Position numbers and translations under genes: made by a program
DNA from: a virus
Taxonomy: Duplodnaviria > Caudoviricetes
Direction: 5' to 3' (one strand)
Length of the DNA: 40,325 nucleotides
Virus record (IMG/VR): IMGVR_UViG_3300020045_003606
Coordinates: 1 to 40,325 of that record
Shown here: positions 1 through 9,347 of the stretch, in pieces
Position numbering within the stretch: the stretch's first letter is position 1
Layout of the letters: each line of letters begins with the position of its first letter
Notes under the pieces: model-generated
Told to the model about the DNA's origin: nothing
The model's input: the letters and a program-made list of their open reading frames with translations, nothing else
The model's database searches: none

Positions 1-121
1 AGAATTATCCTTTACTTTAATGGTTTTAAGTGGTCCAAAAAAATCTTCAAGTAGTTTTCTTTTGTCCATTACTTGAATAACCTATTAAGTAAGTTTTGTA
101 TCCATGTAACTTTTGCGTTTG
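1..121. repeat. Terminal direct repeat, copy 1 (121 bp); circular-assembly overlap
   Basis: Identical to 40205-40325; reading frames run through the junction. Confidence 0.97.
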
Positions 122-797
122 TGTCTTTGGCGAGTTCTGTATCGCCACTTGTAATATTTTTTAAGCTTGCAATTTCTTTGTTAGCTTTGTCTAGCCTGTT
201 AGTCAAGTCAGCCACGCTTTTAGTTAGTGCAACGGCTTTATCTTGAGCAGTCTTAAGCTCTGCCTTATCACTAGCTAGTCGTTTGGCACGTTCTACTGAC
301 TTATACAGGTCATCAAATACAAAACCTGAGTCTTTATTCAAATACACGTTTTCGCCCTCTCCAGCCGTCCTAGAACGTCTTAGAATTGCGTCATACATTC
401 TACTTAATTGTGCTTTGTCTGTTACCATGTCATCTCCTTTTAAAGTTACTCCCGATATGTCTTCCGACCAGCCGACATATTTAGCGTTAAAATATTTCTC
501 AATCTCCAGTATACTCTTAAACCATTGTTGACCGTAACCAGTCCCTGGGGCAGATAAAAAGCCTTTTCCGGGGACGTAGGCGACAACGTGTCCCCAGTTG
601 CCGTAAGTTGGCGGAGTACCATAAGTTCCCCAATGTTCAAACCAAACTGGTACGGAGTAATTAGGTAGAGCTGTAGTATGTTTAAACTTAGTTGCTTTGT
701 AAGCGTCAAAAGCCGACCTGTATAAATGAGGTACACCGTAGACTTCCTGAACAAAAAAGAGACACCAGCCCGCCTGTGATTTAACGTTTAAGTTCAT
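69..797 (-). CDS. Endolysin: N-terminal CHAP/NlpC-P60-like Cys-His peptidase, C-terminal coiled coil
   Basis: GWCL..VQ catalytic Cys, WGHVVAY His, Y(V)GWSED motif; flanked by membrane proteins. Confidence 0.8.
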   Translation of the reverse strand: MNLNVKSQAGWCLFFVQEVYGVPHLYRSAFDAYKATKFKHTTALPNYSVPVWFEHWGTYGTPPTYGNWGHVVAYVPGKGFLSAPGTGYGQQWFKSILEIEKYFNAKYVGWSEDISGVTLKGDDMVTDKAQLSRMYDAILRRSRTAGEGENVYLNKDSGFVFDDLYKSVERAKRLASDKAELKTAQDKAVALTKSVADLTNRLDKANKEIASLKNITSGDTELAKDTNAKVTWIQNLLNRLFK

Positions 798-1094
798 TCA
801 ATTTTCCTTTACAAGTTTATTAGTCTCACTAGTAGTGCATTTAATGTCGTCTTGAGTTCTTGAAATCTTATCTAGTACGGTAATGACTTTAGCTTGAAAT
901 GCCTCTTTTGCTATGTCGTCAGCTTTTAGAGAATCGGCAAAACTTTCCATCACATCTGCTAGTTTATTAATTGCTTTGGTACTCTCTTTAATCGTGGTGT
1001 CGTTTTGAGTAAATTGCTTTTGCAGTAACCAGACTAATGCTGTAGCTATGGTTGCTACGATTGCTAGGGCTGATAGGGTTACTGTATCTTGCAT
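798..1094 (-). CDS. Holin-like membrane protein (1 TM plus coiled coil)
   Basis: N-terminal hydrophobic helix; abuts the endolysin start. Confidence 0.55.
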   Translation of the reverse strand: MQDTVTLSALAIVATIATALVWLLQKQFTQNDTTIKESTKAINKLADVMESFADSLKADDIAKEAFQAKVITVLDKISRTQDDIKCTTSETNKLVKEN

Positions 1095-1095
1095 G

Positions 1096-2004
1096 TTAAA
1101 CTGTCCCGCAGAATAATACCGTTAAAAATGTTTGTGTAACGTCTATAGCTACTGATTCTGTAGTAGTTGCAGATGTGTGCTGTCCGTATAGTTCTATATA
1201 TTGTCCTGCTTCAACATAAGCTAAAGTTGATATATTAGCTGCAGGGTCATTATTTGCTGCAACTGCATAGTCTTTTGATGTTGCGTATGAAGCACCGTTT
1301 ACGTAAATATGCACAAGAACTTGTTGCCCTAAAGCATCTATGTTATCTACTTGAAAAGCTGCATTGACTTGGTATAAACCAGTAACAGGTGCTACAAACC
1401 TATAATTAGCTGTATCAAAATCGTTACCGTAATTAAAAGTTGTTGCATTTAAATCTATTTTTCTTATTGCGCCACTGTCTATTGTTAAAGCACTGTTTCT
1501 ATAAGCACGACAAGCTATTGTCGCTTTTAGCTTCTCGCTAGTTACACTAGCATCTGCTATTTCAGAAGTACCAACTGCATTAGCGGCTAAGTTAGAATTG
1601 ACTACGCAATCGTTAGTGTTCAAAACACCATCTTTGATGTTTAGACCGTCTATTGTAACGCCGCTAGCAGAAGTTTCTTCATTTATAGTGTCTATTTTAG
1701 GTGTAGTAATAGTCGGAGTAGTAGAGAATACAGCTTCACCAGTGCCAGTTTCATCACTTAATACTCCTCGAAGTTCAGCAGATGTAAGTTGTTGCCATGC
1801 GCTAGTACCAGCACCAGTGCCTAATAAAACTTTATTAACAGCTGGCATAGTGTCACCAATACCGACTTTAGATTCTATCGCTTTTATAGCGTCATTGGCA
1901 TTAGAATGTATAAAAGAATGGCTAGGGCTATTTTGTTTATTTGTTGCAGCAGGATTTGGAAGTGATACAGCGTCATCTTTAGAAGTTGGAAAGTTACTGC
2001 TCAT
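1096..2004 (-). CDS. Virion fibre/appendage protein with C-terminal C1q/TNF-like domain
   Basis: FDTANYRFVAPVTGLYQVNA and GQYIELY are C1q-like motifs; start reassigned to MSSNF (GGAG SD, ATGA overlap). Confidence 0.7.
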   Translation of the reverse strand: MSSNFPTSKDDAVSLPNPAATNKQNSPSHSFIHSNANDAIKAIESKVGIGDTMPAVNKVLLGTGAGTSAWQQLTSAELRGVLSDETGTGEAVFSTTPTITTPKIDTINEETSASGVTIDGLNIKDGVLNTNDCVVNSNLAANAVGTSEIADASVTSEKLKATIACRAYRNSALTIDSGAIRKIDLNATTFNYGNDFDTANYRFVAPVTGLYQVNAAFQVDNIDALGQQVLVHIYVNGASYATSKDYAVAANNDPAANISTLAYVEAGQYIELYGQHTSATTTESVAIDVTQTFLTVLFCGTV

Positions 2005-2228
2005 AATGGACTCCATTCTGTTGGAGTTTTAGACTCTTTATCCCACTCAATAGGAATTTTCGATGTTTTTGCCCATTCTGCAGGTAGTATTTCTTTATCG
2101 GACATATTAGTATCTACCACTCCATCATAATTTTCAACCGATGAATCATATTCAACACTACTATCGTCAAAAGTAAATTGGTTACTTTCTGATGTAGGGT
2201 TTTTATTCCAATCGGTCGGCGTTTTCAT
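2001..2228 (-). CDS. Small acidic protein with four P-x-(D/E)-W repeats
   Basis: ORF translationally coupled on both sides. Confidence 0.6.
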   Translation of the reverse strand: MKTPTDWNKNPTSESNQFTFDDSSVEYDSSVENYDGVVDTNMSDKEILPAEWAKTSKIPIEWDKESKTPTEWSPL

Positions 2229-2488
2229 TAGAAGCCTCCGTAAGTACCTATAGTTATATTACAAGCACCAGATGCCACTATTCTAACCCCTGAAGTAAAG
2301 TTATGATATTCAAATTGGCTTCCAACTGTCGGATTTGTAATAGTTGCTACGTTAGCTGTGCTGCCACTAGTACCGTCAATAACCTTTATGGTTCCAGTAA
2401 GAGCTGCATTAACTTGAACTAGTACTCGTTTAGTTTCTCCGATAGTTACCTGCGTTTCTGTATTGTCTGTTATGTATGATTTTGCCAT
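2228..2488 (-). CDS. Small beta-rich virion protein
   Basis: GGAG SD; first gene after a conserved leader. Confidence 0.65.
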   Translation of the reverse strand: MAKSYITDNTETQVTIGETKRVLVQVNAALTGTIKVIDGTSGSTANVATITNPTVGSQFEYHNFTSGVRIVASGACNITIGTYGGF

Positions 2489-2501
2489 ATTTCTCCATAA
2501 T

Positions 2502-2552
2502 AAAAGCTCCCCAAAAGGGGAACTGTTAAAGTTGCTTAATTTGATTATATCA
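2502..2552 (-). promoter_or_regulatory. Late leader copy A: extended -10, boxA-like motif, terminator hairpin
   Basis: TGATATAAT-N6-AAGCAACTTTAAC-AGTTCCCC TTTT GGGGAGCT-TTT. Confidence 0.85.
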
Positions 2553-2557
2553 TATTT

Positions 2558-4513
2558 TTATTTTAGTAAAGATGAATTATCAACTTCGGGCTTTTTCTCA
2601 GTTTTATATTCAAATCCGTTTAATGTGAATATATCTTTTTTAATAATTTCTTTCTTCTTGCTCATTAAAGAAGTCTTTTCGTCTGTTGACATATTTTGGT
2701 ATTTTGGGTCATCCATGACTTTGTCCATCCAAGCATTAAAACTGTTATCAAAAGTCTCTGCGGCTTTATTAAACTTTTCTTCGCCTACTTTATCTTTAAA
2801 AGCTTTTAATTCTTTACTTGAGCTTTGCTGCCAACTATCTTTTGTTGCCCCATAAGTGTTTGTCCCTATCCCTAAACCATCAGCAATAATTGCAAATAAA
2901 GTGTTTGCAGCATTAGGGTTAGTCAATAGTTCTTGTGCATTTTGTACACCTATTGGTGTGACGGATCGCACAGTCTCTTTTAGTATATCTGTTTTGTTGC
3001 CACTAAAATCTTCTCCTTCATATAGATGTTTAACGGTTTGTGCGGCTGGCGATAACTTATTAGCAAAAAAGTCAACAAATACGTCTTGAGCAGTCCTTGA
3101 CCCAAACTCATCAGAGTTAAGACTTGTTACTTTGCCTGTTGTAGCGCTTTTAGACGACTGCGTTAACATTCTAGCTGCTAAAGTGATGATTGATGACATA
3201 CCACCAGCAATATCAAATCGTGTATCTTTAATTTTAATTTTGCCAAAATCTGAACTTCTAGGGTCTAGCTCTACGCTCCCAGGCATTAAAGCATTGGCAG
3301 TAGCAAGAACAGTAGCAGTTCCACCAATTATCTTAGCTAAATTTGTAGCAGCCTTTTTTCTAACAAACGGCGTTACATCTTTTTGAAGTTGGTGAGCCGT
3401 TAGTGTGTCCCAATTTGACTTTAGAAACCTTGGTGAAAAAAACACATTATTGACTACACCAGCAACTGGCTCGGCAGCGCCTAAATAACCACGCCCAGTT
3501 AACGAATTAACTAACTTGCCAATAGATTCTAGCTGTGTTTTGTCGCTAATATCGACTCCTTGTTTTTTGGCAATACTTATATACTTATCGAACACATCAA
3601 CTCGATTTTTATATTGAAAAGCTGTAAATGCCGCTTCACTAGCTTTATACAGTCTGCGTAAATATGGTACTTTTTCAGCTAATGACTCAGGAAATGCCTC
3701 TTCTGGATTTTTAATTGCAAGTTTTGCTTTGGTGTATAAGTCATAATTTGGTCTCGATATTATATCAGCGTTGACTTCACGTAGAACATTCTTACCACCC
3801 ATAGTACGAGCAATCGTTCTAAACGTATCAGCGGAGTTTTTAGCCCATATTTTAGGTTCAGTCCACATAACTTTCAAACCTTGACGGAATACAGCACTGT
3901 TATCTAGTGAGGCTTGGAGTGATTTCATGTTACCAGCTACCTTACTAGTAAACTTACCAATTAGTCCAGGATTTTTAATCAAATCAGTTGGACGTATTTT
4001 TTCTGCGTTTTGCTTAAGACTTGCAACATAGTCAGTCAAATCTTCAACAGCGTAGCCGTATTTCATGCGCTCTTCTTTATTGGCTACACCTTTTAAAAAT
4101 TCAAATTCTGATACTTTTTTGGATAACGTTGCTATTTGTTTAGCCTCAGCTTCAGTCACATTTATACCCAACCTAGTGGCAGTTAAGTCTTTCATAAACT
4201 GCTTACTCTCATCTGGGTCAAGGACTTTCTGCATATTCTCAATGCGTTTAATCAAATCACGTCGAGTTTCTGGTTTTATACCAGATACAGTTTTAGCCCA
4301 GTTTAAATAACCTTGCTGTTGATTCTTTAAAAGTATTTTTGACTCAAATAACGAGTTTACAGCCTTTGCGTGGTTTTTTCCGACAATATCACCTAAAAAC
4401 TCATTGCGTTCAACTGATGACATTTCAGCTAGTTTATTAGGTTCAATTTTGCCATCTTTTAAAGCTTGTTTAAACTTTGTAATTGTTTCTGGCAATAAAC
4501 AAAATTGTCCCAT
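2558..4513 (-). CDS. Large internal virion/ejection protein
   Basis: Helical, about 650 aa, in the internal-protein position; start reassigned to MGQFC (GGAG SD). Confidence 0.6.
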   Translation of the reverse strand: MGQFCLLPETITKFKQALKDGKIEPNKLAEMSSVERNEFLGDIVGKNHAKAVNSLFESKILLKNQQQGYLNWAKTVSGIKPETRRDLIKRIENMQKVLDPDESKQFMKDLTATRLGINVTEAEAKQIATLSKKVSEFEFLKGVANKEERMKYGYAVEDLTDYVASLKQNAEKIRPTDLIKNPGLIGKFTSKVAGNMKSLQASLDNSAVFRQGLKVMWTEPKIWAKNSADTFRTIARTMGGKNVLREVNADIISRPNYDLYTKAKLAIKNPEEAFPESLAEKVPYLRRLYKASEAAFTAFQYKNRVDVFDKYISIAKKQGVDISDKTQLESIGKLVNSLTGRGYLGAAEPVAGVVNNVFFSPRFLKSNWDTLTAHQLQKDVTPFVRKKAATNLAKIIGGTATVLATANALMPGSVELDPRSSDFGKIKIKDTRFDIAGGMSSIITLAARMLTQSSKSATTGKVTSLNSDEFGSRTAQDVFVDFFANKLSPAAQTVKHLYEGEDFSGNKTDILKETVRSVTPIGVQNAQELLTNPNAANTLFAIIADGLGIGTNTYGATKDSWQQSSSKELKAFKDKVGEEKFNKAAETFDNSFNAWMDKVMDDPKYQNMSTDEKTSLMSKKKEIIKKDIFTLNGFEYKTEKKPEVDNSSLLK

Positions 4514-4514
4514 T

Positions 4515-6581
4515 TTAGCACTCCAATCCACTTATAAAGCTAGCCCACGTTTCTTTTTCAACTTTAGGTGTAGCTTGTTTAATCGCTTTCATATCAGCCT
4601 TTTCGGTTTTAAATACTTTAATGCCACGCTTTTTTGCTTCCTTTAATCTAGTTTCTGCCAATTGACGTATATTTTCAACTGCAGAATGTGGGTTTCTATC
4701 GGCTAACATGCTAATTTCTTGTCCCATACCAGTGGCACGAGTAACAATATCTGACTGTCCTAACTTACGCATTAAATCTACATCTCCAGTATTTTCAGCA
4801 TATTCTTTAGCTGCCATCCAAACACTATTGTTTAATATTCCATCTGGTGCTTGCTGTTGACCCATAGCTACTTTAATAGCGTTTTCTGGGTCGTTTAGAA
4901 TAAACTCAGTCGCTTTATTAAACTGGTCTTTACGAGTTACCTTATCATAATCTGGCATATCGTTAAAAGTCTTATCAAATCCATAAATCATCTTCTTTTT
5001 AATAGCGTCTTTACGGACACGTTCAGCTAATGCAGGTGTACCTACGGTTGATGTTGTAGTTATTTTGGGAGTTTTTGGCATAACATCAGTTTTTGTCAAT
5101 CCGTCCTCAAATGCTATTTTTCTTGTTGGTACTTCAATACCCTCTTGCCGATATGCTTCAAGCAAATGCCTACCATCTTTTATAACTATTTCACCAGCAT
5201 CATTTTTACCAAAGACTATCCTACCAGCTTTATCTTCACCTGTTTGTGTTAATCCTGTCTTAGCTTCTGATATTGAGTAGCCTTTGCCTTGTAATCTATC
5301 TGGCTTTGCTAGTTTTTCATCTGGTGATGACAAGAATGAATTTTTAGCTGATTTTGATAATTCTTCGGGATTAAAAGTATCAGCTGATTTCATTGGTGTT
5401 TCTGTCTTACTTGCTTGTGAGACTGAACTATCAAAATCTTCTGCAGCCTGTTTAATCGAAGTGTCATTTAAGCCTACTTTCTTAGGTGAGCCTGGCATTG
5501 ATAATCCCTTGTCTGGTAATGCGTCAGATAATATTGCATCAGCTTCTTCTAGCTTATAACCAGCTTTTACTAATTTATTTTTGGCTTCCTGTTTAGTTAT
5601 TCGTGTTTCAGATGCAGTATAACTTTCAGCACGATTAATTGTCTTTTCTGGCGCTTCAACTTTTACCTCTGGAACTTTATCAGGTGTTTTATTTTTTAAT
5701 CTATTAATTAAAGAACCAGTGCCTTTTAAAACAACAGGTAAAACTCCGCCAACTGTAGCACCAACTGCGCTTCCTTGTAAAACGTCTAGTGCATTAACAT
5801 CTTTTCCTTTGGACTCAACTGCGCCTAGACCGCCAGAAACTGCGCCTTGAGCTGCACCAGAGGCTGCTAATTTAGTAAGTGATTTTTCTGCAACTTTTTC
5901 ACCACCTAACGCTAATCTGCCGCCTTTAAGCGCTTGGCTACCAGTTCCAGCTGTCAAAATATCAAAACCAATCGAACCAACTGCTGCTGCGCCTTTTATA
6001 GGGTCAACACGTTCTATAATTTCATTTATTCGTTCTTGCGCCGCTTGATTATTTTCTGACATTGAATTAGCAATAATTTTAGCGGCGTTTTCATAACGTG
6101 CTTTTTTAATAGGGTCAGTCTCAGTTTTGGATTTTTTAATAAGGTTTATAACATTTTTTTGATTCTCAGCTTGTAGTTTTTGGCGGTTTTCTTCGTCACT
6201 TGCCCGTTGTCCAGTAGCGTCGTAAATAGCTTCGGAAATACCCTCACCAACACGTTTATATGATGATATAATGCCTTCACCAACGTTTTTACCTATATCT
6301 ACAACAGACCCACCAACAGCTTTAGCTACATTAAGTGGGTTTATTTCAGATTCTGATTTTGTCTCATTAACTAAATTCTGTGTGTCTATAATACGCTGTT
6401 GAATCTCTGGCTTCATTTTAGCCCACGAGTCATCACTTATAGTACTGTTAGAAGGCTTGGGAAGATTAAGTTTTTGTGGTTTATATGACCAACTATTACC
6501 GCTTCTACCTAATATACTTTCATAATCAGATTCAGGTTTAGAATCAGTTTTATTTCTACCAAGTAGGGACTCGTAGTCCAT
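4515..6581 (-). CDS. Internal virion/ejection protein with Gly/Ala-rich segment and ParB/Srx-like insert
   Basis: GAAQGAVSGG glycine-zipper; EIVIKDGRHLLEAY motif. Confidence 0.6.
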   Translation of the reverse strand: MDYESLLGRNKTDSKPESDYESILGRSGNSWSYKPQKLNLPKPSNSTISDDSWAKMKPEIQQRIIDTQNLVNETKSESEINPLNVAKAVGGSVVDIGKNVGEGIISSYKRVGEGISEAIYDATGQRASDEENRQKLQAENQKNVINLIKKSKTETDPIKKARYENAAKIIANSMSENNQAAQERINEIIERVDPIKGAAAVGSIGFDILTAGTGSQALKGGRLALGGEKVAEKSLTKLAASGAAQGAVSGGLGAVESKGKDVNALDVLQGSAVGATVGGVLPVVLKGTGSLINRLKNKTPDKVPEVKVEAPEKTINRAESYTASETRITKQEAKNKLVKAGYKLEEADAILSDALPDKGLSMPGSPKKVGLNDTSIKQAAEDFDSSVSQASKTETPMKSADTFNPEELSKSAKNSFLSSPDEKLAKPDRLQGKGYSISEAKTGLTQTGEDKAGRIVFGKNDAGEIVIKDGRHLLEAYRQEGIEVPTRKIAFEDGLTKTDVMPKTPKITTTSTVGTPALAERVRKDAIKKKMIYGFDKTFNDMPDYDKVTRKDQFNKATEFILNDPENAIKVAMGQQQAPDGILNNSVWMAAKEYAENTGDVDLMRKLGQSDIVTRATGMGQEISMLADRNPHSAVENIRQLAETRLKEAKKRGIKVFKTEKADMKAIKQATPKVEKETWASFISGLEC

Positions 6582-6586
6582 AATTA

Positions 6587-7321
6587 TTAAACTCCGCCAA
6601 ATACGTATGGATATTTATTTTTTAAATCTTTGTAAGACATACCGCTATTAATATCGCTAATAATTTTAGCATCACCAGGGTCACCAGAAGCAGATAACAA
6701 ATCAACTATAGTTCCACCCATTTGAGAGACATATTGCGCTGCCGTAATTGGTGCGCCAGATTCATTGTAGAAATTTAAACCACCATTATCACTAGTTTTG
6801 ACTTTGTATTTTGGTGTAGATGTTGTGGTAGGTTTATCAGCCTGTCGTCTTTGCTCTGCTAATGATTCATTATACTGTCGTCTAGCTTCTGCTGCTTGTT
6901 CTGCAGCGCTTGCCATTGAATATTGGTCTTGCAATGCTTGTCGTCCTGCCGTATAATCGCCTATTTTTTGCTCGGCAAGTAATTTAGCAGCTGCTTCTTG
7001 GCTACTAAGGTTAGCAGATTCAGTAGATAAAGCACTTGCTTGACCGGAGTATTGCTCTGCTAATGGTTCACGTTCCTTTGCTACGATTCCTCGTCTTTGT
7101 GCTTCTGTTACTAGACTTCGTGAAGTTCTACCTGTAACAGACGGGTCTACGGCGTTTAAAGCTGATTCTGTGTTAGTAAGTGTAGTCCTAAGACCTGATA
7201 CACGTCCCCTAAGCTCTGGTATACCATATTGTCCCATAGCTTCGTTTAATACGTCTGCCGAACTTTTACGGCTTGCGTCATATTTTGCTAATTGATTTGC
7301 GATATCTGCTGATGTTGGCAT
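6587..7321 (-). CDS. Internal virion protein (Ala/Gln-rich, helical)
   Basis: Composition and position typical of podovirus ejection proteins. Confidence 0.55.
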   Translation of the reverse strand: MPTSADIANQLAKYDASRKSSADVLNEAMGQYGIPELRGRVSGLRTTLTNTESALNAVDPSVTGRTSRSLVTEAQRRGIVAKEREPLAEQYSGQASALSTESANLSSQEAAAKLLAEQKIGDYTAGRQALQDQYSMASAAEQAAEARRQYNESLAEQRRQADKPTTTSTPKYKVKTSDNGGLNFYNESGAPITAAQYVSQMGGTIVDLLSASGDPGDAKIISDINSGMSYKDLKNKYPYVFGGV

Positions 7322-7333
7322 AAAAATCCTATT

Positions 7334-7384
7334 AAAAAGTCCCCATCAGGGGAACTGTTAAGTTGCTTGATATTATTATATCAC
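7334..7384 (-). promoter_or_regulatory. Late leader copy B
   Basis: TGATATAAT-N6-AAGCAACTTAAC-AGTTCCCC TGAT GGGGACT-TTTT. Confidence 0.85.
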
Positions 7385-7395
7385 AATATAATATG

Positions 7396-7875
7396 CTACC
7401 AATGAAAATCTTTGTATATATAGTTACCGTTATTGGGATCATTTTTGTAACTAATATAATTGGTGGCTATATATTGCAAAGTAGATTCTAGTTTATCACT
7501 TGTAAATTTTTCTGGGTATTGAACTTTTAAATAACTGTTGGTAAATGTATACACCGTTGAGTTTTTAATTAAATACTTCAACATAAGGTACTCATAGTCA
7601 GTCATTGATTGTGTACCATTTTGTTCTTTTTCAATCTCTAATAATGTTTTCTGTGGGGCGACTGTGACAGCAACAGCTGGTGCAACATCTTCAGTGACTG
7701 TAGTAATAGGTTCTTGTATTGGCGTATCTTCAATTATTTTATCTTCTGGCAATATCTGGTCTATCTTAACAGGTAAAACGTTAATAACGTCTTGTTGCTT
7801 GTTTAGTTGTGAATAACTGAATACACCACCTATTAAAGTTATTACTACTATCGATGACACTAACAGTGTTTTCAT
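7396..7875 (-). CDS. Membrane-anchored accessory (moron-like) protein
   Basis: N-terminal TM, P/T/V linker, own promoter; start probably MKTLL (ORF track starts at 7887). Confidence 0.65.
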   Translation of the reverse strand: MKTLLVSSIVVITLIGGVFSYSQLNKQQDVINVLPVKIDQILPEDKIIEDTPIQEPITTVTEDVAPAVAVTVAPQKTLLEIEKEQNGTQSMTDYEYLMLKYLIKNSTVYTFTNSYLKVQYPEKFTSDKLESTLQYIATNYISYKNDPNNGNYIYKDFHW

Positions 7876-7882
7876 TGTATTT

Positions 7883-7910
7883 ATCATACACTTTTTTATA
7901 CAAATGTCAA
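7883..7910 (-). promoter_or_regulatory. Sigma70-type promoter of the moron gene, probably leaderless
   Basis: TTGACA-N16-TATGAT-N7-ATG. Confidence 0.65.
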
Positions 7911-8332
7911 TTGAATGGTGATAAAAATGTTACAACATCGGCAGTTATTGTTTGATAGCCTGAAGTAATCTGCATGCTAACACCAACGCCAAAACTATAA
8001 AATATTGAGTATAGACGAACAGATGTTGCCGAAACTCTTTCAAGTGTTACCGGTAAATCATAAGAAAATGTTGAACCACCAGGGGTTACTGTTACCGTTA
8101 CAGGTACTGTCATACCCATAGCACACCAAATATTATTGGGCGCAGCACTGGAATACATTTGAACCCTTAATCCAGCGTTAGTAGTACCTATATTTAAAAA
8201 CGACTCGTAAACTTTAGTTGCACCAAATGCCAATAGCCCACTGTCTGTGATACTTACAGATATGCTGTTATTATCATCATTTTTAAGCGTAGCATAATCA
8301 GAGTTTTCTATAAAATTAGATGGTTTTGTCAT
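7907..8332 (-). CDS. Tail-associated structural protein
   Basis: Beta-rich; N-terminal NFIENSDY resembles motifs in the adjacent gene. Confidence 0.6.
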   Translation of the reverse strand: MTKPSNFIENSDYATLKNDDNNSISVSITDSGLLAFGATKVYESFLNIGTTNAGLRVQMYSSAAPNNIWCAMGMTVPVTVTVTPGGSTFSYDLPVTLERVSATSVRLYSIFYSFGVGVSMQITSGYQTITADVVTFLSPFN

Positions 8333-8949
8333 AATTGAGAATCTCCATATATTCTTAAATGTACATTACTTGCCGATGTTACAATTACAGAATTAGTCGT
8401 GACTTCAACACTTCCAAACGTATTTAACTGAGCTATAGACGTACCATTATCTGACCAAGCCATAACTTGTGGCCTGTAGCCAAAAGTGTGATTTATAGTT
8501 GTTGAACCAGTTACATCGTTATACCAAAGCTTAGGGTAATTATAATCAGTATTTAATACAAAATTATCAGCAAGTATAGCTGTGTAACTAGCGTCTAAAT
8601 TAACATTGCTAGGCATAAACCCATAGGCTCGCCAATACACTGTCACATTAGATGCAGTTGGATTAAAACCACTTACGACTAAATTAGTTGAGTTGGACAC
8701 ATTGTCAACTCGTATAGCATACGGGTCTGTACCCTCAAATACTGGTAGGTTACATTCTTTTGTAGTTAAAAAATCAGAATTTAAAGACCAATTTACTACT
8801 GCTAATGGCCTAAACGACAAACCATGCGGCGCTGTATCGGTAGCACCTACTCCGCCACCACTTGGGACGATAAATGAACCGCTATCTAAATAAACAATTT
8901 GATCAAGTGGTGAATCAGTATTTACCAAAAAATTACGTAAGTCTACCAT
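8329..8949 (-). CDS. Tail-associated structural protein with internal duplication
   Basis: NFLVNTD..HGLSFRP repeated as NFVLNTD..HTFGYRP. Confidence 0.65.
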   Translation of the reverse strand: MVDLRNFLVNTDSPLDQIVYLDSGSFIVPSGGGVGATDTAPHGLSFRPLAVVNWSLNSDFLTTKECNLPVFEGTDPYAIRVDNVSNSTNLVVSGFNPTASNVTVYWRAYGFMPSNVNLDASYTAILADNFVLNTDYNYPKLWYNDVTGSTTINHTFGYRPQVMAWSDNGTSIAQLNTFGSVEVTTNSVIVTSASNVHLRIYGDSQL

Positions 8950-9347
8950 TATGAATTAAGCTCATCTATCACATCTTTACCGGCAGGAGTAATATAAGCT
9001 CCAACATCTGAGTTATCTGGTTTAAGGCCAAGTTTCATGCGCCTTTCGTCGTTAAAGCTAAATAAGAATCCTGTTGCATCTATTGTAAATAATCTATCAC
9101 CATTTGCATCAAAATATGCAATACCAAACTCATCATCAGTATTAGGTATTAGTCCTATAGTAATGTATGAACCATCAGTATTATTTATTCTCCAAGTTCC
9201 CCTAGTAACGCCAGTTGATACTTGTCGTGGTTGCACTCTATCACTATTCAGAATGTTATCAATATCATTTGCAGATACAGTATTAAACTCATTATTAAGT
9301 TTATAAGCTTTTGGCTCGGCTATGCTGTTTTCCAAAAACGGTTCCAT
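8949..9347 (-). CDS. Tail needle/plug-like small structural protein
   Basis: Follows the nozzle-like gene; beta-rich C-terminus. Confidence 0.45.
   Translation of the reverse strand: MEPFLENSIAEPKAYKLNNEFNTVSANDIDNILNSDRVQPRQVSTGVTRGTWRINNTDGSYITIGLIPNTDDEFGIAYFDANGDRLFTIDATGFLFSFNDERRMKLGLKPDNSDVGAYITPAGKDVIDELNS

Noticed and set aside
4505-4535. Frameshift or readthrough joining the two large internal proteins
   Set aside because: GGAG SD and ATG at 4513 explain reinitiation; no slippery site or stimulator seen
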